Position numbers and translations under genes: made by a program. Positions 14,601-29,600 of a stretch of DNA of 64,000 nucleotides are shown piece after piece (the stretch's first letter is position 1; every line of letters starts with the position of its first letter). The notes beneath the pieces were generated by a model. It did not search any database and was not told where the DNA came from. It was given only the letters and a program-made list of their open reading frames with translations. Source of the stretch: Balanoglossus misakiensis (lineage: Eukaryota > Animalia > Hemichordata); assembly GCA_040954595.2 (NCBI GenBank), contig CM082580.2, positions 1,354,783 to 1,418,782 of the forward strand, in the 5' to 3' direction.

Positions 14601-17600
14601 TTTTCAAAATTGAACGAACCCATGATTTTTTTCAAAAATCGACGAAATTTTGAGATTTTGCAAAGTCGAAAATTTGTCATTTTTTGATGATTTTCACCCA
14701 TGATTTTTTTCAAAAATCGACGAAATTTTGAGATTTTGCAAAGTCGAAAATGTGTCATTTTTTGATGATTTTCACCCATGATTTTTTTCAAAAATCGACA
14801 AAATTTTGAGATTTTGCAAATTCGAAAATTTGTAATTTTTTGATGATTTTCACCCATGTTTTTTTTCAAAAATCAACGAACCCATGATTTTTTTTCAAAA
14901 ATCGACAAAATTTTGAGATTTTGCAAAGTCGAAAATTTGTCATTTTTTGATGATTTTCACCCATGATTTTTCTCAAAAATCGACGAAATTTTGCAAAGTC
15001 GAAAATTTGTAATTTTTTGATGATTTTCACCCATGATTTTTTTTCAAAAATCGACGAAATTTTGAGATTTTGCAAAGTCGAAAATTTGTCATTTATTAAT
15101 GATTTTCACCCATGATTTTTTTTCAAAAATCGACAAAATTTTGAGATTTTGCAAAGTCGAAAATTTGTAATTTTTTGATGATTTTCACCCATGTTTTTTT
15201 TCAAAATTGAACGAACCCATGATTTTTTTCAAAAATCGACGAAATTTTGAGATTTTGCAAAGTCGAAAATTTGTCATTTTTTGATGATTTTCACCCATGT
15301 TTTTTTTTTCAAAAATCGACGAAATTTTGAGATTTTGCAAAGTCGAAAATTTGTCATTTATTAATGATTTTTACCCATGATTTTTTTTCAAAAATCGACA
15401 AATTTTTGAGATTTTGCAAAGTCGAAAATTTGTAATTTTTTGATGATTTTCACCCATGTTTTTTTTCAAAATTGAACGAACCCATGATTTTTTTCAAAAA
15501 TCGACGAAATTTTGAGATTTTGCAAAGTCGAAAATTTGTAATTTTTTGATGATTTTCACCCATGTTTTTTTTCAAAAATCAACGAACCCATGATTTTTTT
15601 TCAAAAATCGACAAAATTTTGAGATTTTGCAAAGTCGAAAATTTGTAATTTTTTGATGATTTTCACCCTTTTTTTTTCAAAAATCAACGAACCCATGATT
15701 TTTTTTCAAAAATCTACGAAATTTTGAGATTTTGCAAAGTCGAAAATTTGTCATTTTTTGATGATTTTCACCCATGATTTTTTTCAAAAATCGACAAAAT
15801 TTTTAGATTTTGCAAAGTCGAAAATTTGTAATTTTTTGATGATTTTTACCCATGATTTTTTTTTTCAAAAATCGACGAAATTTTGAGATTTTGCAAAGAC
15901 GAAAATTTGTAATTTTTTGATGATTTTCACCCATATTTTTTTTCAAAATTGAACGAACCCATGATTTTTTTCAAAAATCGACGAAATTTTGAGATTTTGC
16001 AAAGTCGAAAATTTGTCATTTTTTGATGATTTTCACCCATGATTTTTCTCAAAAATCGACGAAATTTTGCAAAGTCGAAAATTTGTAATTTTTTGATGAT
16101 TTTCACCCATGATTTTTTTTCAAAAATCGACGAAATTTTGAGATTTTGCAAAGTCGAAAATTTGTCATTTATTAATGATTTTCACCCATGATTTTTTTTC
16201 AAAAATCGACAAAATTTTGAGATTTTGCAAAGTCGAAAATTTGTAATTTTTTGATGATTTTCACCCATGTTTTTTTTCAAAATTGAACGAACCCATGATT
16301 TTTTTCAAAAATCGACGAAATTTTGAGATTTTGCAAAGTCGAAAATTTGTCATTTTTTGATGATTTTCACCCATGTTTTTTTTTTCAAAAATCGACGAAA
16401 TTTTGAGATTTTGCAAAGTCGAAAATTTGTCATTTATTAATGATTTTTACCCATGATTTTTTTTCAAAAATCGACAAATTTTTGAGATTTTGCAAAGTCG
16501 AAAATTTGTAATTTTTTGATGATTTTCACCCATGTTTTTTTTCAAAATTGAACGAACCCATGATTTTTTTCAAAAATCGACGAAATTTTGAGATTTTGCA
16601 AAGTCGAAAATTTGTAATTTTTTGATGATTTTCACCCATGTTTTTTTTCAAAAATCAACGAACCCATGATTTTTTTTCAAAAATCGACAAAATTTTGAGA
16701 TTTTGCAAAGTCGAAAATTTGTAATTTTTTGATGATTTTCACCCTTTTTTTTTCAAAAATCAACGAACCCATGATTTTTTTTCAAAAATCTACGAAATTT
16801 TGAGATTTTGCAAAGTCGAAAATTTGTCATTTTTTGATGATTTTCACCCATGATTTTTTTCAAAAATCGACAAAATTTTTAGATTTTGCAAAGTCGAAAA
16901 TTTGTAATTTTTTGATGATTTTTACCCATGATTTTTTTTTTCAAAAATCGACGAAATTTTGAGATTTTGCAAAGACGAAAATTTGTAATTTTTTGATGAT
17001 TTTCACCCATATTTTTTTTCAAAATTGAACGAACCCATGATTTTTTTCAAAAATCGACGAAATTTTGAGATTTTGCAAAGTCGAAAATTTGTCATTTTTT
17101 GATGATTTTCACCCATGATTTTTTTCAAAAATCGACGAAATTTTGAGATTTTGCAAAGTCGAAAATGTGTCATTTTTTGATGATTTTCACCCATAATTTT
17201 TTTCAAAAATCGACAAAATTTTGAGATTTTGCAAATTCGAAAATTTGTAATTTTTTGATGATTTTCACCCATGTTTTTTTTCAAAAATCAACGAACCCAT
17301 GATTTTTTTTCAAAAATCGACAAAATTTTGAGATTTTGCAAAGTCGAAAATTTGTCATTTTTTGATGATTTTCACCCATGATTTTTCTCAAAAATCGACG
17401 AAATTTTGCAAAGTCGAAAATTTGTAATTTTTTGATGATTTTCACCCATGATTTTTTTTCAAAAATCGACGAAATTTTGAGATTTTGCAAAGTCAAAAAT
17501 TTGTCATTTATTAATGATTTTCACCCATGATTTTTTTTCAAAAATCGACAAAATTTTGAGATTTTGCAAAGTCGAAAATTTGTAATTTTTTGATGATTTT

Positions 17601-20600
17601 CACCCATGTTTTTTTTCAAAATTGAACGAACCCATGATTTTTTTCAAAAATCGACGAAATTTTGAGATTTTGCAAAGTCGAAAATTTGTCATTTTTTGAT
17701 GATTTTCACCCATGTTTTTTTTTTCAAAAATCGACGAAATTTTGAGATTTTGCAAAGTCGAAAATTTGTCATTTATTAATGATTTTTACCCATGATTTTT
17801 TTTCAAAAATCGACAAATTTTTGAGATTTTGCAAAGTCGAAAATTTGTAATTTTTTGATGATTTTCACCCATGTTTTTTTTCAAAATTGAACGAACCCAT
17901 GATTTTTTTCAAAAATCGACGAAATTTTGAGATTTTGCAATGTCGAAAATTTGTAATTTTTTGATGATTTTCACCCATGTTTTTTTTCAAAAATCAACGA
18001 ACCCATGATTTTTTTTCAAAAATCGACAAAATTTTGAGATTTTGCAAAGTCGAAAATTTGTAATTTTTTGATGATTTTCACCCTTTTTTTTTCAAAAATC
18101 AACGAACCCATGATTTTTTTTCAAAAATCTACGAAATTTTGAGATTTTGCAAAGTCGAAAATTTGTCATTTTTTGATGATTTTCACCCATGATTTTTTTC
18201 AAAAATCGACAAAATTTTTAGATTTTGCAAAGTCGAAAATTTGTAATTTTTTGATGATTTTTACCCATGATTTTTTTTTTCAAAAATCGACGAAATTTTG
18301 AGATTTTGCAAAGACGAAAATTTGTAATTTTTTGATGATTTTCACCCATATTTTTTTTCAAAATTGAACGAACCCATGATTTTTTTCAAAAATCGACGAA
18401 ATTTTGAGATTTTGCAAAGTCGAAAATTTGTCATTTTTTGATGATTTTCACCCATGATTTTTCTCAAAAATCGACGAAATTTTGCAAAGTCGAAAATTTG
18501 TAATTTTTTGATGATTTTCACCCATGATTTTTTTTCAAAAATCGACGAAATTTTGAGATTTTGCAAAGTCGAAAATTTGTCATTTATTAATGATTTTCAC
18601 CCATGATTTTTTTTCAAAAATCGACAAAATTTTGAGATTTTGCAAAGTCGAAAATTTGTAATTTTTTGATGATTTTCACCCATGTTTTTTTTCAAAAATC
18701 AACGAACCCATGATTTTTTTTCAAAAATCGACAAAATTTTGAGATTTTGCAAAGTCGAAAATTTGTAATTTTTTGATGATTTTCACCCTTTTTTTTTTTC
18801 AAAAATCAACGAACCCATGATTTTTTTTCAAAAATCTACGAAATTTTGAGATTTTGCAAAGTCGAAAATTTGTCATTTTTTGATGATTTTCACCCATGAT
18901 TTTTTTCAAAAATCGACAAAATTTTTAGATTTTGCAAAGTCGAAAATTTGTAATTTTTTGATGATTTTTACCCATGATTTTTTTTTTCAAAAATCGACGA
19001 AATTTTGAGATTTTGCAAAGACGAAAATTTGTAATTTTTTGATGATTTTCACCCATATTTTTTTTCAAAATTGAACGAACCCATGATTTTTTTCAAAAAT
19101 CGACGAAATTTTGAGATTTTGCAAAGTCGAAAATTTGTCATTTATTAATGATTTTCACCCATGATTTTTTTTCAAAAATCGACGAAATTTTGAGATTTTG
19201 CAAAGTCGAAAATGTGTCATTTTTTGATGATTTTCACCCATGATTTTTTTCAAAAATCGACAAAATTTTGAGATTTTGCAAATTCGAAAATTTGTAATTT
19301 TTTGATGATTTTCACCCATGTTTTTTTTCAAAAATCAACGAACCCATGATTTTTTTTCAAAAATCGACAAAATTTTGAGATTTTGCAAAGTCGAAAATTT
19401 GTCATTTTTTGATGATTTTCACCCATGATTTTTCTCAAAAATCGACGAAATTTTGCAAAGTCGAAAATTTGTAATTTTTTGATGATTTTCACCCATGATT
19501 TTTTTTCAAAAATCGACGAAATTTTGAGATTTTGCAAAGTCGAAAATTTGTCATTTATTAATGATTTTCACCCATGATTTTTTTTCAAAAATCGACAAAA
19601 TTTTGAGATTTTGCAAAGTCGAAAATTTGTAATTTTTTGATGATTTTCACCCATGTTTTTTTTCAAAATTGAACGAACCCATGATTTTTTTCATAAATCG
19701 ACGAAATTTTGAGATTTTGCAAAGTCGAAAATTTGTCATTTTTTGATGATTTTCACCCATGTTTTTTTTTCAAAAATCGACGAAATTTTGAGATTTTGCA
19801 AAGTCGAAAATTTGTCATTTATTAATGATTTTCACCCATGATTTTTTTTCAAAAATCGACAAATTTTTGAGATTTTGCAAAGTCGAAAATTTGTAATTTT
19901 TTGATGATTTTCACCCATGTTTTTTTTCAAAATTGAACGAACCCATGATTTTTTTCAAAAATCGACGAAATTTTGAGATTTTGCAAAGTCGAAAATTTGT
20001 CATTTTTTGATGATTTTCACCCATGATTTTTTTCAAAAATCGACAAAATTTTGAGATTTTGCAAAGTCGAAAATTTGTAATTTTTTGATGATTTTTACCC
20101 ATGATTTTTTTTTTCAAAAATCGACGAAATTTTGAGATTTTGCAAATTCGAAAATTTGTAATTTTTTGATGATTTTCACCCTTTTTTTTTCAAAAATCAA
20201 CGAACCCATGATTTTTTTTCAAAAATCTACGAAATTTTGAGATTTTGCAAAGTCGAAAATTTGTCATTTTTTGATGATTTTCACCCATGATTTTTTTCAA
20301 AAATCGACAAAATTTTTAGATTTTGCAAAGTCGAAAATTTGTAATTTTTTGATGATTTTTACCCATGATTTTTTTTTTCAAAAATCGACGAAATTTTGAG
20401 ATTTTGCAAAGACGAAAATTTGTAATTTTTTGATGATTTTCACCCATATTTTTTTTCAAAATTGAACGAACCCATGATTTTTTTCAAAAATCGACGAAAT
20501 TTTGAGATTTTGCAAAGTCGAAAATTTGTCATTTTTTGATGATTTTCACCCATGATTTTTTTCAAAAATCGACGAAATTTTGAGATTTTGCAAAGTCGAA

Positions 20601-23600
20601 AATGTGTCATTTTTTGATGATTTTCACCCATGATTTTTTTCAAAAATCGACAAAATTTTGAGATTTTGCAAATTCGAAAATTTGTAATTTTTTGATGATT
20701 TTCACCCATGTTTTTTTTCAAAAATCAACGAACCCATGATTTTTTTTCAAAAATCGACAAAATTTTGAGATTTTGCAAAGTCGAAAATTTGTCATTTTTT
20801 GATGATTTTCACCCATGATTTTTCTCAAAAATCGACGAAATTTTGAGATTTTGCAAAGTCGAAAATTTGTAATTTTTTGATGATTTTCACCCATGATTTT
20901 TTTTCAAAAATCGACGAAATTTTGAGATTTTGCAAAGTCGAAAATTTGTCATTTATTAATGATTTTCACCCATGATTTTTTTTCAAAAATCGACAAAATT
21001 TTGAGATTTTGCAAAGTCGAAAATTTGTAATTTTTTGATGATTTTCACCCATGTTTTTTTTCAAAATTGAACGAACCCATGATTTTTTTCAAAAATCGAC
21101 GAAATTTTGAGATTTTGCAAAGTCGAAAATTTGTCATTTTTTGATGATTTTTTCCCATGATTTTGTTTTTCAAAAATCGACCAAATTTTGAGATTTTGCA
21201 AAGACAAAAAATTGTCATTTTTTGATGATTTTCACCCATGATTTTTTTCAAAAATCGACGAAATTTTGAGATTTTGCAAAGACGAAAATTTGTCGTTTTT
21301 TGATGATTTTCACCCATGATTTTTCTCAAAAATCGACGAAATTTTGAGATTTTGCAAAGTCGAAAATTTGTCATTTTTTGATGATTTTCACCCATGATTC
21401 TTTTCAAAAATCGACGAAATTTGAGATTTTGCAAAGTCGAAAATTTGTCATTTTTTGATGATTTTTACCCATGATTTTTTTTTTCAAAAATCGACCAAAT
21501 TTTGAGATTTTGCAAAGACGAAAATTTGTCATTTTTTGATGATTTTCACCCATGATTTTTCTCAAAAATCGACGAAATTTTGAGATTTTGCAAAGTCAAA
21601 AATTTGTCATTTTTTGATGATTTTCACCCATGATTTTTTTCAAAAATCGACGAAATTTAAGATTTTGCAAAGTCGAAAATTTGTCATTTTTTGATGATTT
21701 TCACCCATGATTTTTTTCAAAAATCGACGAAATTTTGAGATTTTGCAAAGTCGAAAATTTGTCATTTTTTGATAATTTTTTCCTATGATTTTTCTCAAAA
21801 ATCGACGAAATTTTGAGATTTTGCAAAGTCAAAAATTTGTCATTTTTTGATGATTTTCACCCATGATTTTTTTCAAAAATCGACGAAATTTAAGATTTTG
21901 CAAAGTCGAAAATTTGTCATTTTTTGATGATTTTTTCCCATGATTTTGTTTTTCAAAAATCGACCAAATTTTGAGATTTTGCAAAGACAAAAAATTGTCA
22001 TTTTTTGATGATTTTCACCCATGATTTTTTTCAAAAATCGACGAAATTTTGAGATTTTGCAAAGACGAAAATTTGTCGTTTTTTGATGATTTTCACCCAT
22101 GATTCTTTTCAAAAATCGACGAAATTTAAGATTTTGCAAAGTCGAAAATTTGTAATTTTTTGATGATTTTTACCCATGATTTTTTTTTCAAAAATCGACG
22201 AAATTTTGAGATTTTGCAAAGACGAAACTTTTTAATTTTTTGATGATTTTCACCCATGACTTTTTTTCAAAAATTTACGAAATTTTGAGATTTTGCAAAG
22301 TCGAAAATTTGTCATTTTTTGATGATTTTCACCCATGATTTTTTTCAAAAATCGACGAAATTTTGAGATTTTGCAAAGTCGAAAATTTGTCATTTTTTGA
22401 TGATTTTCACCCATGATTTTTTTCAAAAATCGACAAAATTTTTAGATTTTGCAAAGTCGAAAATTTGTCATTTTTTGATTATTTTCACCCATGATTTTTT
22501 TCAAAAATCGACAAAATTTTTAGATTTTGCAAAGTCGACAATTTGTCATTTTTTGATGATTTTCACCATGATTTTTTTTTAAAAAATGACGAAATTTTGA
22601 GATTTTGCAAAGACGAAAATTTGTAATTTTTTGATGATTTTCACCCATGATTTTTTTTCAAAAATGTACGAAATTTTGAGATTTTGCAAAGTCGAAAATT
22701 TGTAATTTTTTGATGATTTTCACCCATGATTTTTTTTCAAAAATCAACGAACCCATGATTTTTTTTCAAAAATCGACAAAATTTTGAGATTTTGCAAAGT
22801 CGAAAATTTGTCATTTTTTGATGATTTTCACCCATGATTTTTCTCAAAAATCGACGAAATTTTGAGATTTTGCAAAGTCGAAAATTTGTAATTTTTTGAT
22901 GATTTTCACCCATGATTTTTTTTCAAAAATCGACGAAATTTTGAGATTTTGCAATGTCGAAAATTTGTCATTTATTAATGATTTTCACCCATGATTTTTT
23001 TTCAAAAATCGACAAATTTTTGAGATTTTGCAAAGTCGAAAATTTGTAATTTTTTGATGATTTTCACCCATGTTTTTTTTCAAAATTGAACGAACCCATG
23101 ATTTTTTTCAAAAATCGACGAAATTTTGAGATTTTGCAAAGTCGAAAATTTGTCATTTTTTGATGATTTTCACCCATGATTTTTTTCAAAAATCGACAAA
23201 ATTTTGAGATTTTGCAAAGTCGAAAATTTGTAATTTTTTGATGATTTTTACCCATGATTTTTTTTTTCAAAAATCGACGAAATTTTGAGATTTTGCAAAT
23301 TCGAAAATTTGTAATTTTTTGATGATTTTCACCCTTTTTTTTAAAAAAATCAACGAACCCATGATTTTTTTTCAAAAATCTACGAAATTTTGAGATTTTG
23401 CAAAGTCGAAAATTTGTCATTTTTTGATGATTTTCACCCATGATTTTTTTCAAAAATCGACAAAATTTTTAGATTTTGCAAAGTCGAAAATTTGTAATTT
23501 TTTGATGATTTTTACCCATGATTTTTTTTTTCAAAAATCGACGAAATTTTGAGATTTTGCAAAGACGAAAATTTGTAATTTTTTGATGATTTTCACCCAT

Positions 23601-26600
23601 ATTTTTTTTCAAAATTGAACGAACCCATGATTTTTTTCAAAAATCGACGAAATTTTGAGATTTTGCAAAGTCGAAAATTTGTCATTTTTTGATGATTTTC
23701 ACCCATGATTTTTTTCAAAAATCGACGAAATTTTGAGATTTTGCAAAGTCGAAAATGTGTCATTTTTTGATGATTTTCACCCATGATTTTTTTCAAAAAT
23801 CGACAAAATTTTTAGATTTTGCAAAGTCGAAAATTTGTAATTTTTTGATGATTTTTACCCATGATTTTTTTTTTCAAAAATCGACGAAATTTTGAGATTT
23901 TGCAAAGACGAAAATTTGTCATTTTTTGATGATTTTCACCCATGATTTTTTTCAAAAATCGACAAAATTTTTAGATTTTGCAAATTCGAAAATTTGTAAT
24001 TTTTTGATGATTTTCACCCTTTTTTTTAAAAAAATCAACGAACCCATGATTTTTTTTCAAAAATCTACGAAATTTTGAGATTTTGCAAAGTCGAAAATTT
24101 GTCATTTTTTGATGATTTTCACCCATGATTTTTTTCAAAAATCGACAAAATTTTTAGATTTTGCAAAGTCGAAAATTTGTAATTTTTTGATGATTTTTAC
24201 CCATGATTTTTTTTTTCAAAAATCGACGAAATTTTGAGATTTTGCAAAGACGAAAATTTGTAATTTTTTGATGATTTTCACCCATATTTTTTTTCAAAAT
24301 TGAACGAACCCATGATTTTTTTCAAAAATCGACGAAATTTTGAGATTTTGCAAAGTCGAAAATTTGTCATTTTTTGATGATTTTCACCCATGATTTTTTT
24401 CAAAAATCGACGAAATTTTGAGATTTTGCAAAGTCGAAAATGTGTCATTTTTTGATGATTTTCACCCATGATTTTTTTCAAAAATCGACAAAATTTTGAG
24501 ATTTTGCAAATTCGAAAATTTGTAATTTTTTGATGATTTTCACCCATGTTTTTTTTCAAAAATCAACGAACCCATGATTTTTTTTCAAAAATCGACAAAA
24601 TTTTGAGATTTTGCAAAGTCGAAAATTTGTCATTTTTTGATGATTTTCACCCATGATTTTTCTCAAAAATCGACGAAATTTTGCAAAGTCGAAAATTTGT
24701 AATTTTTTGATGATTTTCACCCATGATTTTTTTTCAAAAATCGACGAAATTTTGAGATTTTGCAAAGTCGAAAATTTGTCATTTATTAATGATTTTCACC
24801 CATGATTTTTTTTCAAAAATCGACAAAATTTTGAGATTTTGCAAAGTCGAAAATTTGTAATTTTTTGATGATTTTCACCCATGTTTTTTTTCAAAATTGA
24901 ACGAACCCATGATTTTTTTCAAAAATCGACGAAATTTTGAGATTTTGCAAAGTCGAAAATTTGTCATTTTTTGATGATTTTCACCCATGTTTTTTTTTTC
25001 AAAAATCGACGAAATTTTGAGATTTTGCAAAGTCGAAAATTTGTCATTTATTAATGATTTTCACCCATGATTTTTTTTCAAAAATCGACAAATTTTTGAG
25101 ATTTTGCAAAGTCGAAAATTTGTAATTTTTTGATGATTTTCACCCATGTTTTTTTTCAAAATTGAACGAACCCATGATTTTTTTCAAAAATCGACGAAAT
25201 TTTGAGATTTTGCAAAGTCGAAAATTTGTCATTTTTTGATGATTTTCACCCATGATTTTTTTCAAAATCGACAAAATTTTGAGATTTTGCAAAGTCGAAA
25301 ATTTGTATTTTTTTGATGATTTTTACCCATGATTTTTTTTTTCAAAAATCGACGAAATTTTGAGATTTTGCAAATTCGAAAATTTGTAATTTTTTGATGA
25401 TTTTCACCCTTTTTTTTTCAAAAATCAACGAACCCATGATTTTTTTTCAAAAATCTACGAAATTTTGAGATTTTGCAAAGTCGAAAATTTGTCATTTTTT
25501 GATGATTTTCACCCATGATTTTTTTCAAAAATCGACAAAATTTTTAGATTTTGCAAAGTCGAAAATTTGTAATTTTTTGATGATTTTTACCCATGATTTT
25601 TTTTTTCAAAAATCGACGAAATTTTGAGATTTTGCAAAGACGAAAATTTGTAATTTTTTGATGATTTTCACCCATATTTTTTTTCAAAATTGAACGAACC
25701 CATGATTTTTTTCAAAAATCGACGAAATTTTGAGATTTTGCAAAGTCGAAAATTTGTCATTTTTTGATGATTTTCACCCATGATTTTTTTCAAAAATCGA
25801 CGAAATTTTGAGATTTTGCAAAGTCGAAAATGTGTCATTTTTTGATGATTTTCACCCATGATTTTTTTCAAAAATCGACAAAATTTTGAGATTTTGCAAA
25901 TTCGAAAATTTGTAATTTTTTGATGATTTTCACCCATGTTTTTTTTCAAAAATCAACGAACCCATGATTTTTTTTCAAAAATCGACAAAATTTTGAGATT
26001 TTGCAAAGTCGAAAATTTGTCATTTTTTGATGATTTTCACCCATGATTTTTCTCAAAAATCGACGAAATTTTGAGATTTTGCAAAGTCGAAAATTTGTAA
26101 TTTTTTGATGATTTTCACCCATGATTTTTTTTCAAAAATCGACGAAATTTTGAGATTTTGCAAAGTCGAAAATTTGTCATTTATTAATGATTTTCACCCA
26201 TGATTTTTTTTCAAAAATCGACAAAATTTTGAGATTTTGCAAAGTCGAAAATTTGTAATTTTTTGATGATTTTCACCCATGTTTTTTTTCAAAATTGAAC
26301 GAACCCATGATTTTTTTCAAAAATCGACGAAATTTTGAGATTTTGCAAATTCGAAAATTTGTCATTTTTTGATGATTTTCACCTATGTTTTTTTTTCCAA
26401 AATCGACGAAATTTTGAGATTTTGCAAAGTCGAAAATTTGTCATTTTTTGATGATTTTTTCCCATGATTTTGTTTTTCAAAAATCGACCAAATTTTGAGA
26501 TTTTGCAAAGACAAAAAATTGTCATTTTTTGATGATTTTCACCCATGATTTTTTTCAAAAATCGACGAAATTTTGAGATTTTGCAAAGACGAAAATTTGT

Positions 26601-29600
26601 CGTTTTTTGATGATTTTCACCCATGATTTTTCTCAAAAATCGACGAAATTTTGAGATTTTGCAAAGTCAAAAATTTGTCATTATTTGATGATTTTCACCC
26701 ATGATTTTTTTCAAAAATCGACGAAATTTAAGATTTTGCAAAGTCGAAAATTTGTCATTTTTTGATGATTTTCACCCATGATTTTTTTCAAAAATCGACG
26801 AAATTTTGAGATTTTGCAAAGTCGAAAATTTGTCATTTTTTGATGATTTTCACCCATGATTTTTTTCAAAAATCGACAAAATTTTTAGATTTTGCAAAGT
26901 CGAAAATTTGTAATTTTTTGATGATTTTTACCCATGATTTTTTTTTTCAAAAATCGACGATTTTTTGAGATTTTGCAAAGACGAAACTTTTTAATTTTTT
27001 GATGATTTTCACCCATGACTTTTTTTCAAAAATTTACGAAATTTTGAGATTTTGCAAAGTCGAAAATTTGTCATTTTTTGATGATTTTCACCCATGTTTT
27101 TTTTTCAAAAATCGACGAACCCATGATTTTTTTTCAAAAATCGACGAAATTTTGAGATTTTGCAAAGTCGAAAATTTGTCATTTTTTGATTATTTTCACC
27201 CATGATTTTTTTCAAAAATCGACAAAATTTTTAGATTTAGCAAAGTCGACAATTTGTCATTTTTTGATGATTTTCACCATGATTTTTTTTTAAAAAATGA
27301 CGAAATTTTGAGATTTTGCAAAGACGAAAATTTGTCATTTTTTGATGATTTTCACCCATGATTTTTTTTCAAAAATGTACGAAATTTTGAGATTTTGCAA
27401 AGTCGAAAATTTGTAATTTTTTGATGATTTTCACCAATGTTTTTTTTTAAAAATCAACGAACCCATGATTTTTTTCAAAAATTGACACCAATGTTTTTTT
27501 TTTAAAATCAACGAACTCATGATTTTTTTAAAAAATTGACATTTTGAGATTTTGCAAAGTCGAAAATTTGTCATTTTTTGATGATTTTCACCATGATTGT
27601 TTTTTTCAAAAATCGACAAAATTTTTAGATTTTGCAAAGTCGAAAATTTGTAATTTTTTGATGATTTTTACCCATGATTTTTTTTTCCAAAAATCGACGA
27701 AATTTTGAGATTTTGCAAAGACGAAAATTTGTAATTTTTTGATGATTTTCACCCATGACTTTTTTTCAAAAATTTACGAAATTTTGAGATTTTGCAAAGT
27801 CGAAAATTTGTCATTTTTTGATGATTTTTTCCCATGATTTTGTTTTTCAAAAATCGACCAAATTTTGGAATTTTGCAAAGACGAAAATTTGTCATTTTTT
27901 GATGATTTTCACCCATGATTTTTTTCAAAAATCGACGAACCCATGATTTTTTTTTCCAAAATCTACGAAATTTTGAGATTTTGCAAAGTCGAAAATTTGT
28001 AATTTTTTGATGATTTTCACCCATGTTTTTTTTTCCAAAATCGACGAAATTTTGAGATTTTGCAAATTCGAAAATTTGTAATTTTTTGATGATTTTCACC
28101 CATGTTTTTTTTCAAAAATCAACGAACCCATGATTTTTTTTCAAAAATCGACAAAATTTTGAGATTTTGCAAAGTCGAAAATTTGTCATTTTTTGATGAT
28201 TTTCACCCATGATTTTTCTCAAAAATCGACGAAATTTTGAGATTTTGCAAAGTCGAAAATTTGTAATTTTTTGATGATTTTTACCCATGATTTTTTTTCA
28301 AAAATCGACGAAATTTTGAGATTTTGCAAAGTCGAAAATTTGTCATTTATTAATGATTTTCACCCATGATTTTTTTTCAAAAATCGACAAAATTTTGAGA
28401 TTTTGCAAAGTCGAAAATTTGTAATTTTTTGATGATTTTCACCCATGTTTTTTTTCAAAATTGAACGAACCCATGATTTTTTTCAAAAATCGACGAAATT
28501 TTGAGATTTTGCAAAGTCGAAAATTTGTCATTTTTTGATGATTTTCACCCATGATTTTTTTCAAAAATCGACAAAATTTTTAGATTTTGCAAAGTCGAAA
28601 ATTTGTAATTTTTTGATGATTTTTACCCATGATTTTTTTTTTCAAAAATCGACGAAATTTTGAGATTTTGCAAAGACGAAAATTTGTAATTTTTTGATGA
28701 TTTTCACCCATGTTTTTTTTTCAAAAATCAACGAACCCATGATTTTTTTTCAAAAATCGACAATATTTTGAGATTTTGCAAAGTTGAACATTTGTCATTT
28801 GTTGATGATTTTCACCCATGTTTTTTTTTTTCAAAAATGGACGAACCCATGTTTTTTTTTTTCAAAAATCGACGAATTTTTGAAAATTTTGTTAAGTCGA
28901 AAATTTGTTATTTTTTTGATGATTTCCCCCCCCCCCCCACGATTTTTTTTTTCAAAAATCGACGAAATTTTGAGATTTTGCAAAGTTGAACATTTGTCAT
29001 TTGTTGATGATTTTCACCCATGTTTTTTTTTTCAAAAATGGACGAACCCATGTTTTTTTTTTAAAATCGACGAATTTTTCAAAATTTTGCAAAGTCGAAA
29101 ATTTGTCATTTTTTTGATGATTTCCCCCCCCCCCACGATTTTTTTTTCAAAAATTGACGAAATTTTGAGATTTTGCAAAGTCGAAAATTTGTCATTTTTT
29201 GATGATTTTTACCCATGATTTTTTTTCAAAAATTGACGAAATTTTAAGATTTTGCTGTCGAAAATCTGTCTTTTTTTGACGATTTTACCCATGATTTTTT
29301 TCAGAAATCGACGAAATTTTGAGATTTTGCAAAGTCGAAACTTTGTCTTTTTTGATGATTTTCACTCATTATTTTTTTCAAAAATCGACGAAATTTTCAG
29401 TTTTTGCAAAGTCGAAAATTTGTCATTTTTTGAAGATTTTCACCCATGTTTTTTTTCAAAAATCGACGAACCCATGATTTTTTTCAAAATCGACGAAATT
29501 TTGAGATTTTGCAAAGTCGAAAATTTGTCATTTGTTGATGATTTTCATCAGCTATAACCCATTTTTTTTTCAAAAATCGACGAATTTTTGAAAATTTTGC

